Of a stretch of DNA of 64,000 bases, positions 27,890 through 37,014 are shown in pieces. Origin of the DNA: an uncultured Smithella sp. Lineage in GTDB: Bacteria; Desulfobacterota; Syntrophia; Syntrophales; Smithellaceae. The notes below the pieces were generated by a model. It saw nothing but the letters and a program-made list of their open reading frames with translations. It was not told the DNA's origin and made no database searches. The position numbers were made by a program, and so were the translations under genes. Where the stretch lies: NCBI GenBank assembly GCA_964443625.1, contig CAYUDM010000001.1, positions 80,705 to 144,704 on the forward strand, read 5' to 3'. The number at the start of each line of letters is the position of its first letter. Within the stretch, counting starts at the first letter, position 1.

Positions 27890-28034
27890 ATCCTGTCGAT
27901 AGCACACATGAGCACCCAAAGCCTTAAACCACCTCGAGTATTCAGGAAATCTGTAAAAAGGCATCTGACTGGCCCTCTGATTTACCAAATCTTTTTGTTC
28001 CTGCAGGTAAGAATCGCGGATGCCGGCAACTGAG

Positions 28035-29204
28035 TTAACCGACAAACCAACCGTAAGCCATTCCGGCAGTGGTGGACATAGCCACGACAATCGCGCAGAA
28101 CACGGCGGTTTTCTTAACCCCCATAATGCCTGCAATCGCAATCATATTGGGAAGCGACAAAGCCGGTCCCGCTAAAAGCAGCGCGAGCGCCGGACCCTGG
28201 CCCATGCCGGAACCGATCAATCCTTGCAGAATCGGCACTTCGGTAAGCGTGGCAAAATACATGAGCGCCCCGACGATAGAGGCAAAGAAATTGGCCCATA
28301 GTGAGTTACCGCCGACAAGCATCTGAATGTAGGATTCAGGAATCAGCGCCGGATGACCGGGACGGCCTAACAGAAATCCCGCCACCAAAACGCCGGCAAA
28401 CAACAGCGGTAGAATCTGCTTGGAAAAATCCCAGGTGGACTGCACCCAGTCTTTGATTTCATCCTTTACAAACCACTTTTTAAGCATGACACCCAGAACA
28501 ATCATCAGCGCGATCACCACAAACCACTTGACGCTGAAGATCGTCCGCCACAGCATTCCGTCATCATCGGATGGCTTTGCAAACGACGCAAAAATCAGGA
28601 TTAAAACCATCGTCAGCATATAAAGACCGTTTTTCCACAGCGGCCGGGTTTCCTCCTCGTCGGGCAAAAAGATTTCGCCCGTTTCACGATTGGCGTCGTC
28701 TTTGCGGAAAATAAACGCCATTAACAAACCCGTGACAATGGCAAAAATAATTGCGCCAATCGCGCGGGCGAGCCCCAACTGCCAGCCCAGCACCTTCGCG
28801 GTCAGAATAATCGCGAGCACATTGATCGCGGGACCGGAATAGAGGAAAGCCGTCGCCGGGCCTATGCCTGCGCCGCGTGTGTAAATACCAGCAAACAGCG
28901 GCAGCACCGTGCAGGAACAAACCGCCAGCACCGAACCGGAAACGGACGCAACGGAATAAGACAGAATCTTATTGGCTTTGGCTCCAAAATATTTGAGCAC
29001 GGCCGCCTGCGAGACAAACACACTGATTGCCCCGGCGATGAAAAACGCGGGGATCAGGCAGGTGAGCACATGCTGGCGGGCGTAGTCCTGAAGCATCATA
29101 AACGCTTCGAGGCCCGCCTGACGAATCAGCAGCGCATCCCAGGGGATAAAATACGCGCCCAGAAAGATGCCGACGATCCACAGTAATTTTTGCCACTCTT
29201 TCAT
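28035..29204 (-). CDS. ArsP-like permease (PF03773-type 'predicted permease')
   Basis: 389 aa and polytopic. It has the vicinal-cysteine motif AVCSCTVLPLFAG characteristic of this permease family. It is the last gene of an ArsR-headed operon. Confidence 0.75.
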   Translation of the reverse strand: MKEWQKLLWIVGIFLGAYFIPWDALLIRQAGLEAFMMLQDYARQHVLTCLIPAFFIAGAISVFVSQAAVLKYFGAKANKILSYSVASVSGSVLAVCSCTVLPLFAGIYTRGAGIGPATAFLYSGPAINVLAIILTAKVLGWQLGLARAIGAIIFAIVTGLLMAFIFRKDDANRETGEIFLPDEEETRPLWKNGLYMLTMVLILIFASFAKPSDDDGMLWRTIFSVKWFVVIALMIVLGVMLKKWFVKDEIKDWVQSTWDFSKQILPLLFAGVLVAGFLLGRPGHPALIPESYIQMLVGGNSLWANFFASIVGALMYFATLTEVPILQGLIGSGMGQGPALALLLAGPALSLPNMIAIAGIMGVKKTAVFCAIVVAMSTTAGMAYGWFVG

Positions 29205-29214
29205 CTTGAAGCGC

Positions 29215-30258
29215 CTATTTCTTTCCGGCGGCCAGATGCGCCTGAAGTTTTTTCAAACCATCCCATATTTCATCCGAACCGACATATTTTTGAGTTTCTG
29301 CGCCCGGATACCTGATGATGCAAGTCGGCGTCGCGTCAATTTTATGTTCTTTGATGACAGCGCTCAAAAGCGGGAAGATGGACTTTTCGTCCATAGGCTT
29401 GATGGCAATGTTTTGTCCTTTCAGATAGGCGGCTAAATCGTCTTCTTTCTTAATTCTTTTTTCCTGCGCTGCACAAAATAGTTCCGCCCGGACATGGAGA
29501 AGGTTTTCGATGGCCGGATCGGCATTCACCGCATACAGATAATATTTTGCATAAACCGGCGTAATGCGTGAAAAGGGCACGTCAACAAACATTATCTTTA
29601 CTTGATCTGTCGCCACCAGCTCTTTGAAAAGCCCTTCAGCTTTGGTGTCGATGGCTTTACACGGCGGGCAAAAATAATCGGAAAATATAATCACTTCATA
29701 AGGCCCCTTCCCCAGTGACGGGATCACGCGGACTGCATCCTGCCCGTAAACCGGCGTTACGGAACCGGTAAATGTTAACAGAATAGATATATATCCCAGC
29801 ACGCTCATCAACAACAACGGAAATCTCTTTATTTTTAACATCGGCACATTCACCTCCCCAAGGAAATACAGCCACATCCGGCTGCGCTTTTCGCGCCAGG
29901 CGGACGGAACTTCATAATTCATCAGAAACGACAAAATCAACATCACCGAAAACGCCAGACAAAACGGGCAATAGACGTCGTTTTGCCATTGAAACGCGTA
30001 CAGATGAACCTCTACACCCAAGCCCGCAGCCAGAAGTATCCGGACAAAAGCCGTCTGTTTAAACGCGGCAAAAACAATCACGACCGACATGTAAGCGATA
30101 CCGACCCATTTGAGGTCGATCCCCAAAATATCCCCTTTCAGGTAACTGCAGGCGGTATCACAGTAATCGTAATACGCCATAAGTCCAATACCTACAAGCG
30201 CCAGGAGAATCGTACCAATGTGGCGATACTTTTTAATGAAGGCAAAAACATCAGACAT
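29215..30258 (-). CDS. VKOR/DsbB-like membrane domain fused to a DsbA-like thioredoxin domain
   Basis: 347 aa. The N-terminal half has about 5 TM segments, a loop Cys pair (YCDTAC) and an in-membrane CPFC. The C-terminal soluble domain has FSDYFCPPCKA, a DsbA-type CPxC. Confidence 0.65.
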   Translation of the reverse strand: MSDVFAFIKKYRHIGTILLALVGIGLMAYYDYCDTACSYLKGDILGIDLKWVGIAYMSVVIVFAAFKQTAFVRILLAAGLGVEVHLYAFQWQNDVYCPFCLAFSVMLILSFLMNYEVPSAWREKRSRMWLYFLGEVNVPMLKIKRFPLLLMSVLGYISILLTFTGSVTPVYGQDAVRVIPSLGKGPYEVIIFSDYFCPPCKAIDTKAEGLFKELVATDQVKIMFVDVPFSRITPVYAKYYLYAVNADPAIENLLHVRAELFCAAQEKRIKKEDDLAAYLKGQNIAIKPMDEKSIFPLLSAVIKEHKIDATPTCIIRYPGAETQKYVGSDEIWDGLKKLQAHLAAGKK

Positions 30259-30281
30259 ACCAAGCTCCCTCTATTCACGAA

Positions 30282-30701
30282 TCAAATGCCTTGCGTTTGC
30301 AAGAAAACCTGCAACTTCGTTTTAATCTCATCTCGAACACGCCGGAATTCCCGTAAAATATCTTCGTGGCTTCCGGTGGCTTTGGCCGGATCGTCAAACC
30401 CGATGTGTGTCTTTTTCGTACCGCCGATATAAAGAGGGCAGGTTTCGTTGGCGTCGCCGCACAGCGTGATGACATAGTCGAAGGTTTGACCATCAAACTC
30501 GGATAGATTTTTTGACCGATGCGACAAAATATCAATGCCGATTTCTTTCAAGACCTCAATGGCCTTGGGGTTTACAAACGATGCGTTCGTTCCCGCAGAA
30601 TATGCCTCCAGCCGGTCACCCCAAAAATGGTTGGTGATGCCTTCGGCTATTTGCGACCGGCAGGAATTTGCCGTGCATAAAAACAAAACTCTTTTTTTCA
30701 T
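30282..30701 (-). CDS. arsC: Arsenate reductase, LMW-PTPase (thioredoxin-coupled) type
   Basis: 139 aa. The P-loop is LFLCTANSCRSQ (CX5R). The downstream Cys pair is in TLCGDANETCP, the pattern equivalent to pI258 ArsC Cys82/Cys89. Confidence 0.9.
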   Translation of the reverse strand: MKKRVLFLCTANSCRSQIAEGITNHFWGDRLEAYSAGTNASFVNPKAIEVLKEIGIDILSHRSKNLSEFDGQTFDYVITLCGDANETCPLYIGGTKKTHIGFDDPAKATGSHEDILREFRRVRDEIKTKLQVFLQTQGI

Positions 30702-30707
30702 AAATTT

Positions 30708-31415
30708 CTAAATCCAGTTCAACGCAATCAGATAAACGCCGCCCAGAATCACCAGCACACCGCAAACCTTTTTGAGGATGACCGCGCCTTTGGACTTTTC
30801 ACTCCAGTGCAGGTAATGCTGTACCACTTCTGTAAACGTCCCTGCGAAGACCAGCACGGCGCAGTGCCCCACAGCAAAAGCCGCCAGAAGTGATATCGCC
30901 AGCGCAAGCTGCGTGGAGGCCATACTGAATACGACGCCCAGCATCGTCGCCATGTAGGCGAATGTACAGGGCCCCAGCGCCACACCAAATATGAGCCCAA
31001 GGATAAACGCCGCCAGAAATCCTTTTCTTTTGTAATTGGGGTTTGCGCCGCCTTCCATGAAAGGCAGAGGCAACACGCCCAGCAGATTCAACCCGACGGC
31101 GAAAAAAACAATCGCAACAACATAATTGCCGTAGCCGCCGATATCCCCCATCATACGTCCTGCCAGAGCCGTGATGAAACCGATCAGACCAATCGTGATG
31201 AGAATGCCCATTCCGAAAAGGAGTGACAGGACAAAAGCCCGGCCTGTGCTGATGTTCCCCTGTCCGTCAATGAAGCCGACAATCAAGGGAATGCAGGCAA
31301 TGTGACAAGGGGAAAGGATAACCGACAGGATACCCCAGGCGAATGCCGCACCGATGGCGATTTCCGGAGACTGGGTAAGAGCGCCTGTCAGCCAGGTGAA
31401 TAGTTCAACCAGCAT
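30708..31415 (-). CDS. ccdA: CcdA/DsbD-family transmembrane thiol-disulfide electron transporter
   Basis: 235 aa with six TM segments and the two conserved membrane cysteines in LSPCHIA and LGPCTFA. Confidence 0.85.
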   Translation of the reverse strand: MLVELFTWLTGALTQSPEIAIGAAFAWGILSVILSPCHIACIPLIVGFIDGQGNISTGRAFVLSLLFGMGILITIGLIGFITALAGRMMGDIGGYGNYVVAIVFFAVGLNLLGVLPLPFMEGGANPNYKRKGFLAAFILGLIFGVALGPCTFAYMATMLGVVFSMASTQLALAISLLAAFAVGHCAVLVFAGTFTEVVQHYLHWSEKSKGAVILKKVCGVLVILGGVYLIALNWI

Positions 31416-31966
31416 TATTTAACCCCACCCCTTTTTAGGATCTCGACGACACCCTCCTGGGGAAAATAGCCTTCATGTCGGAAATACTCATTTCCGTCCT
31501 GATTTAAGAAGACCTGCGTGGGAATGACGCGAATATTGTACTTAGCCGCATCCATTTTCCCCTCGGGCGTCCAGACGTCATGAAATACAACTTTGAGCTG
31601 CTCGCCGAATTCCTCTTCCACCGCTTTCATGACGGGCTGCATCGCGCGGCAGGGAATGCAGTTGACGGAACCGATTTCCACAAAGGTCACAACCGGCATT
31701 TTCTTTTTTTCAACATCCGCCGGTTTCTTTTCAGGAGCAGCAGGAGCGACAGGCGCCGCCTGGAACGGGACATTCGATGGCGCAACTGCGGCCTCGGAAA
31801 CTTCAGTGGCTTCCTGCCTCGGTGTTTCCGGTTTAATATTCGCAGCCTCGGTTCCTGCATTCTCCACGGCCGCGGTGTTATCGCCCGCATCATCCGATTT
31901 TCCACAACTCATTAAGAGCAACACCGCAACCACGATAAGTCCAATTATTTTCAAACGCATAATCAT
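31415..31966 (-). CDS. Periplasmic thioredoxin-family lipoprotein
   Basis: 183 aa. The signal peptide has the lipobox LLLMSCG, followed by a low-complexity A/P/E linker and a thioredoxin fold with CIPC (GSVNCIPCRAM). Its stop overlaps the ccdA start by 1 nt. Confidence 0.8.
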   Translation of the reverse strand: MIMRLKIIGLIVVAVLLLMSCGKSDDAGDNTAAVENAGTEAANIKPETPRQEATEVSEAAVAPSNVPFQAAPVAPAAPEKKPADVEKKKMPVVTFVEIGSVNCIPCRAMQPVMKAVEEEFGEQLKVVFHDVWTPEGKMDAAKYNIRVIPTQVFLNQDGNEYFRHEGYFPQEGVVEILKRGGVK

Positions 31967-31997
31967 GCAACAACCCTTTCCATTATTATTGCTGCTT

Positions 31998-32231
31998 TCA
32001 GCCCTTAATCCAGCCTTTGATCTGGTCTTCCGAAGGGATTTTTCCGGCCGCCTTCACTTCGCCGTTGACCACCAGAGCGGGCGTCGTCATGACACCGTAG
32101 CTCATAATTTTTTTAAAATCTTCGACTTTGGAAATATCGGTGCTGACACCTTCTTTCCTGGCGACTTCACGAACCAATTCTTCCAGCTTATGGCACTTTG
32201 CACAACCGACACCCAAAACTTCAATCTTCAT
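31998..32231 (-). CDS. Small thioredoxin-fold protein (redox-active disulfide protein 2 / Thioredoxin_3 type)
   Basis: 77 aa. MKIEVLGVGCAKCHKL...TPALVVNGEV is the typical Thioredoxin_3 pattern. Confidence 0.8.
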   Translation of the reverse strand: MKIEVLGVGCAKCHKLEELVREVARKEGVSTDISKVEDFKKIMSYGVMTTPALVVNGEVKAAGKIPSEDQIKGWIKG

Positions 32232-32298
32232 AGCCTTGACTCCTTAAGTTTAAAATTCCATGACACGCAGGTTAAATTGATATGACCTTTACCGGCGA

Positions 32299-32628
32299 TT
32301 ACCGGCAACACCGCAAAATCGCTTTTTGTTCACGGACATTGGAGGAAAGCACGTCTTCTACACAACCCATGAACTGCATCACGCATGGCGTCCGCAGCGT
32401 ATAAAAAATGGAATTTCCCCGCTTGTCGTCACTCACCAGACCGGCATTTTTCAAAACACTCAAATGCTTGGACACGGTGGACGCGTCCGCGCCAATCATG
32501 TCGGTGAGTTCGCCAACACAGCGCTCGCCTTTGTTGAGCTCCTCGATAATCAGCAATCGACTGGGATGCGCCATGGCCTTGATGATTTTTGCCCGCGCTT
32601 CATAACGCGCCTTTAAAGAATTCTTCAT
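32299..32628 (-). CDS. arsR: ArsR/SmtB-family transcriptional repressor
   Basis: HPSRLLIIEELNKGERCVGEL...STVSKHLSVLKNAGLV. I prefer the start at M18 (ATG 32628), because the longer track start at 32679 would cover the palindromic operator. It has a single Cys (RCVGEL), not the CVC triad. Confidence 0.85.
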   Translation of the reverse strand: MKNSLKARYEARAKIIKAMAHPSRLLIIEELNKGERCVGELTDMIGADASTVSKHLSVLKNAGLVSDDKRGNSIFYTLRTPCVMQFMGCVEDVLSSNVREQKAILRCCR

Positions 32629-32640
32629 AACACCCCCTAT

Positions 32641-32658
32641 GCTATTTGGCAAAATAGC
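32641..32658. promoter_or_regulatory. Candidate ArsR operator (inverted repeat)
   Basis: GCTATTT-ggca-AAATAGC is a perfect 7-bp inverted repeat located 13 nt upstream of ATG 32628. Confidence 0.4.
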
Positions 32659-32767
32659 CATGTAGCATAGTGTTGTCAAGGTATATTATTTACCCTGAAG
32701 ACGACCGGCATAAACACTTGATTCCATTTATTCTTGATGGTCTCTGCACGAGAGACGATTACACCGA

Positions 32768-33031
32768 TCAGGTTCCGCCGAAAAGTGGAATGCCGCCGCG
32801 CAGGGAACTTTCCCCCAAAAACCCGACCGTCACCTTTTCGCCTTCGACGATGACGGGGACCTGTCTTCTTCCCCCGGAAAGCGTGAGCATTTCTTTGAGC
32901 TTTTCAGCGTCTTTGTCTACGTCTATAAAGACGGCTCTGTCTTTGTAAGCTTCTTGCGCCTGCACGCAGAAAGGACAGGTGGACGTGCCGTAAATCAATA
33001 TTTTTTTGCCCGTTTTATCTGTGCACTGCAT
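32768..33031 (-). CDS. Glutaredoxin-like protein
   Basis: ILIYGTSTCPFCVQAQEAY has a CPFC active site, and the gene ends with a Grx-like ...VPVIVEGEKVTVGF. ATG 33031 is preceded by GAGGAAGG; the track start at 33043 is a GTG. Confidence 0.8.
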   Translation of the reverse strand: MQCTDKTGKKILIYGTSTCPFCVQAQEAYKDRAVFIDVDKDAEKLKEMLTLSGGRRQVPVIVEGEKVTVGFLGESSLRGGIPLFGGT

Positions 33032-33050
33032 ACCCTTCCTCACCGATGTT

Positions 33051-34109
33051 TTAAAGTCCGTCTTGCTTTTGAAAATACTTCTGCTGAAATTTGAGCGCCA
33101 CCGTTACCAGGGCAATCATCACCGGCACCTCGACCAGCGGGCCGATCACCGCGGCGAACGCGGCGCCGGAAGAGATGCCGAACACCGCAATCGCCACGGC
33201 AATGGCAAGCTCAAAATTATTGCTGGCCGCCGTGAACGCCAGCGTCGTCGTTTTGGAATAGTCTGCGCCAAGCTTCTTTCCCATGTAAAACGACACCAGA
33301 AACATCACGACAAAGTAAATCAAAAGCGGAATGGCGATGCGCACGACGTCCATCGGCAAGGTAATAATTAAATTACCCTTGAGACTGAACATGACCACAA
33401 TGGTGAACAAAAGCGCAATCAGCGTGAGCGGACTGATGAGCGGCACAAAGCGCGCGTGGTAGCGCTCCTTCCCCATCACCTTGACACCGACCAGCCGGGT
33501 GAGCGCGCCCGCGATAAAGGGAATACCCAGATAGATGAAAACGCTCTCAGCAATCTGGCCGATGCTGACATCCACAACAACGCCGGCGATTCCAAAATAG
33601 GGCGGAAGGACCGTGATAAAAAACCACGCAAACACGCTGTAAAACAAAACCTGAAAAATGCTGTTGAAGGCCACCAGACCCGCCGCATATTCCGTGCTGC
33701 CTTTGGCCAGTTCATTCCAGACGATGACCATCGCAATGCAGCGGGCAAGCCCGATCATGACAAGCCCCACCATATAGTCGGGCTTGTCCGGCAAAAAGAT
33801 AATGGCCAGGGCAAACATCAGAATCGGCCCGATAACCCAGTTTTGCACCAAAGACAGGCCCAGAATTTTGAAATTGCGAAAGACGCGCGGCAGCTCCTCA
33901 TATTTCACTTTGGCAAACGGCGGATACATCATCAAAATAAGCCCTGCCGCGATGGGAACATTGGTCGCCCCCACCTGAAAGCGGTTGATGAAGCCTTCAA
34001 CGCCCTCAATGAAATAACCAAAGCCCACGCCCAGAATCATGGCCGCGAAGATCCATAATGTGAGAAAGCGATCTAAAAAGGACAATTTATTTGCGATATG
34101 CTCTGACAT
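33051..34109 (-). CDS. acr3: ACR3-family arsenite efflux transporter
   Basis: 352 aa with 10 TM segments. The N-terminus [13 protein letters not shown] and the motif [11 protein letters not shown] (conserved Cys in TM4) are typical of Acr3. Confidence 0.9.
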   Translation of the reverse strand: MSEHIANKLSFLDRFLTLWIFAAMILGVGFGYFIEGVEGFINRFQVGATNVPIAAGLILMMYPPFAKVKYEELPRVFRNFKILGLSLVQNWVIGPILMFALAIIFLPDKPDYMVGLVMIGLARCIAMVIVWNELAKGSTEYAAGLVAFNSIFQVLFYSVFAWFFITVLPPYFGIAGVVVDVSIGQIAESVFIYLGIPFIAGALTRLVGVKVMGKERYHARFVPLISPLTLIALLFTIVVMFSLKGNLIITLPMDVVRIAIPLLIYFVVMFLVSFYMGKKLGADYSKTTTLAFTAASNNFELAIAVAIAVFGISSGAAFAAVIGPLVEVPVMIALVTVALKFQQKYFQKQDGL

Positions 34110-34124
34110 GATTCCCCTGGCCTT

Positions 34125-34628
34125 TTAACTGATATTTTGAGCGGCTTCCAAAAGCCATTGCTGGATTTTTTTCTTCTCCGGCACAGAACCCACGGCAACA
34201 ACTTTGCCGTTTATGATTAAAGCGGGCGTTCCCATGACCTCGTAGCGGCCGATTTCCTTGATGTCGGTCACATGCAGTAAATCGCCCGCCAGATTTCCTT
34301 CAGCCATGACATCGCGCACACTCGATTCCAAAGATGCACACTGGGCGCAACCCGGACCCAGAATCACAACCTGCAAACCGCAAAAGGCCTCTTCTTCAAC
34401 GTCTTCACCCATGAACTTCTTATACTCACGAAACAACGCTTTACCGTAGGCTTCCTTGATGGTGGATGGGATATAATTGCGTTTCCCCACGCGCTTGAGC
34501 AGCTCGCCGGTGATTTCCGCTTCGGTTTTCTCCTTAGCCCATTCCACAATCGCCTGAATGTTGTATTCCAGACCGACGACACCCGTCTGCCGCCCGTCAA
34601 CTCGAATTTGAGAAACCTTGTTTTCCAT
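34125..34628 (-). CDS. Fusion of an uncharacterised ~85-aa N-terminal domain to a Thioredoxin_3 domain
   Basis: 167 aa. The C-terminal half, VVILGPGCAQCASL...TPALIINGKVV, parallels the 77-aa protein at 31998-32231. I do not recognise the N-terminal half. Confidence 0.7.
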   Translation of the reverse strand: MENKVSQIRVDGRQTGVVGLEYNIQAIVEWAKEKTEAEITGELLKRVGKRNYIPSTIKEAYGKALFREYKKFMGEDVEEEAFCGLQVVILGPGCAQCASLESSVRDVMAEGNLAGDLLHVTDIKEIGRYEVMGTPALIINGKVVAVGSVPEKKKIQQWLLEAAQNIS

Positions 34629-34662
34629 GATGAACCTCTAAATATTCTTCTTTCGGTATACA

Positions 34663-35010
34663 CTAAGATCGTTTACAACCGGATTTGCGCTCTATATCCG
34701 GCAATCTTTTTACCATCTGATGAATCTGCGCGTCGTCGGAGAACCAATGGCTGAGATTGCCTAAAAGCACGGCCGCATAGGGATTGTCGCTTGGGTACCG
34801 GAGGGAATAATACACCCATAAGCCGTCCTTGTCCCCTTTGACCAAACCGGCCTTTTCAAGCGCCTTCATATGCTTGGACACCGTCGGCTGGGCCATATCC
34901 AAAAGCTCTTGAATTTCGCAAACGCACAGGGTTTTAATCTGTAGAATCTTTAATATTCTTACCCGTGTGGCATCAGAGAGCGCTTTCATCACGCTTATGA
35001 AATGATCCAT
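34663..35010 (-). CDS. arsR: ArsR-family arsenite-responsive repressor
   Basis: 115 aa. DATRVRILKILQIKTLCVCEIQELL contains the CVC As(III)-binding motif, and the HTH is QPTVSKHMKALEKAGLV. Confidence 0.9.
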   Translation of the reverse strand: MDHFISVMKALSDATRVRILKILQIKTLCVCEIQELLDMAQPTVSKHMKALEKAGLVKGDKDGLWVYYSLRYPSDNPYAAVLLGNLSHWFSDDAQIHQMVKRLPDIERKSGCKRS

Positions 35011-35022
35011 GTTCTCCCCTAA

Positions 35023-35042
35023 ATATTCCTTTTTTGGAATAT
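35023..35042. promoter_or_regulatory. Candidate ArsR operator (inverted repeat)
   Basis: ATATTCC-tttttt-GGAATAT is a perfect 7-bp inverted repeat located 13 nt upstream of ATG 35010. Confidence 0.45.
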
Positions 35043-35323
35043 ATAGAGATGCCTGGGGCCTTTGTCAAGTGCATTTTCCGGCGGAGGTTCTTTCATGTGC
35101 AAGACCGCCGGATTAAACCTTGATCAGCCTCACCCGGCTTTGGTAAAACACGTCTCTGCCGCCCATCGGATCGACAAGGCCGGTGTTTTGATGATTGGGA
35201 TTGATAATCAACGGATTTTCCGTTAGCCTACACGAGCTGCCTCAAGATCAGGCGCTTGTGTAAAAAAGAAAGCCTTATGCCACGATAAATGTTTGCCCAT
35301 CGAGCCAGACGTGAGTTGACAAC

Positions 35324-36916
35324 ATGAACCCGGCCCCTTTCATTCTCGGCTATAAGATTTTTCTCATCGTCGCGTTCGCGGCCTGTCTTTTTCTGCTGGC
35401 CTTAGCCTGGCGTTATCGTCAGGCGCGTGGATCAACCGCGCTTTTAATCATGCTGATGGGTGAAACGCTTTGGATATTCTTCTATGTTTTACAGCTTTGG
35501 GGTTTTCCGCATCCGTTTCCAGATCCCTATTTCTGGTCGAAACTGACTTTTTTGGGCGTCGTCATGGTGCCTGCCTCTTTTCTGGCCTGGTCATCCATTT
35601 ATACCCAGCGCGATGCCTGGCTCGGAAAAACAGCCATCGTTTTGTTGCTCGTCGAACCCGTCGTCTTTAACGCCATGATCTGGACCGATCCCTGGCACGG
35701 CTGGTTTTCCGGAAGCTTTAAAACCACCGGCCAGTTGGGAATCGCCTTCACCCTCCATACACTTTACTCCTACCTGCTCATTTTCGCCGGCGTGGCCATG
35801 CAAGTCCGAAATCTTTTTCAGATTCAGCCCGCTTATCGTCTCCAGGCTTATCTGTTGATTTTGGCTCTGCCCGTCTCCATTTTTTCCAACATCCTGACCA
35901 TCGCTTTTATAGAAACGATAAAGCTGGATTTCTCTCCGATAGGATTTCTGGTTGTGGCGGCCGCCCTGACCTATGCGCAGGTCAGGCATAAGCTTTTCGA
36001 TATTCTTCCGGTTGCCCGCCATAAAGTAGTGGACGACATGCGCGACGGCCTGGTTGTGCTCGACCAGGACAACCGCATCATCGACATCAATCCCGCGGCA
36101 AAATTCATCCTGGCAACAAGCATGAAAGAAGCGCGGGGTCTTTTGGCCCAAGCCGTCATCCCCATATGGAATAAACTCATTGAAAGGCCATTTGATCAGG
36201 AACAAAAGACCATCGAAGTCACCACTGATAGCGGGGTAGTTCGACACATTGATGTGGAAATGTCCGTCATGCTCAACCGGCTGGGTCAACCCGCAGGCAG
36301 GCTGGTGCTGCTGCGCGACGTCACCCGGATCAAAAATATCGAAAAGGCTCTTCGCGAAACCAACGAAGAGCTCCTGGCAAGAATTCATGAAATTGAAAAG
36401 CTTCAGGAACAGTTGAAGGAGCAGGCCATTCGGGATCCCCTCACCGATCTGTATAACCGGCGCTTTTTACATGAAACACTCGAACAAGAGCTGATCCGGG
36501 CCGAAAGAACAAAAGAGCCGATCAGTCTGGCGCTCATCGATCTGGACCACTTCAAAAACATCAACGACACCTTCGGTCATGACGCGGGAGACTTTGTGTT
36601 GAAAGCATTGGCAAAATGTTTGACACAAAAAATGCGTCAAAGCGATGTAGCCTGCCGCTATGGCGGTGAAGAATTTCTCATTATTATGCCGGGCGCACCT
36701 TTGGCCGTCGCCACCACCCGGATCGACAGCCTGAGGGAGACTTTCAGCGCAAAGACGACAGTCGTCGGCAGCCATCAGATCACCGCAACGTTTTCAGCCG
36801 GGCTGGCCGCCTATCCGGTATCAGGTAAAAATGAAAATGAGCTTCTCCTTGCCGCCGACAAGGCCCTCTACGAAGCAAAGGCGGCGGGACGAAACCGCGT
36901 TGTCGCGCTGGCGTAA
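35324..36916 (+). CDS. Membrane diguanylate cyclase (7TM N-terminal sensor, PAS, GGDEF)
   Basis: 530 aa. The N-terminus is 7TM (HisKA_7TM-like), followed by one PAS domain. The GGDEF domain has an active site GGEEF and an RxxD I-site (RQSD) five residues upstream. Confidence 0.85.
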   Translation: MNPAPFILGYKIFLIVAFAACLFLLALAWRYRQARGSTALLIMLMGETLWIFFYVLQLWGFPHPFPDPYFWSKLTFLGVVMVPASFLAWSSIYTQRDAWLGKTAIVLLLVEPVVFNAMIWTDPWHGWFSGSFKTTGQLGIAFTLHTLYSYLLIFAGVAMQVRNLFQIQPAYRLQAYLLILALPVSIFSNILTIAFIETIKLDFSPIGFLVVAAALTYAQVRHKLFDILPVARHKVVDDMRDGLVVLDQDNRIIDINPAAKFILATSMKEARGLLAQAVIPIWNKLIERPFDQEQKTIEVTTDSGVVRHIDVEMSVMLNRLGQPAGRLVLLRDVTRIKNIEKALRETNEELLARIHEIEKLQEQLKEQAIRDPLTDLYNRRFLHETLEQELIRAERTKEPISLALIDLDHFKNINDTFGHDAGDFVLKALAKCLTQKMRQSDVACRYGGEEFLIIMPGAPLAVATTRIDSLRETFSAKTTVVGSHQITATFSAGLAAYPVSGKNENELLLAADKALYEAKAAGRNRVVALA

Positions 36917-37014
36917 CTTTCGGCCGGACGCCGGCCAAAGGCAAGGATCCGACTATCAAGAAACGGGAGGATCCCCGGCTTTTTTGCGTCAGGCGGCTTC
37001 AAGATTCGAAACGA

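Noticed and set aside
35043-35323. A 280-nt leader upstream of the first diguanylate cyclase, examined for a riboswitch (for example c-di-GMP class I/II) or a small RNA
   Set aside because: I could not find the conserved GEMM-type helices or loops, or any strong structure plus terminator, by eye. This would need a covariance-model scan (Rfam/Infernal) to exclude properly.
36921-36945. GGCCGG-acg-CCGGCC palindrome after the first DGC gene, considered as a terminator
   Set aside because: The stem is 6 bp with a 3-nt loop and has no flanking T/A-runs. It could equally be a chance GC palindrome.
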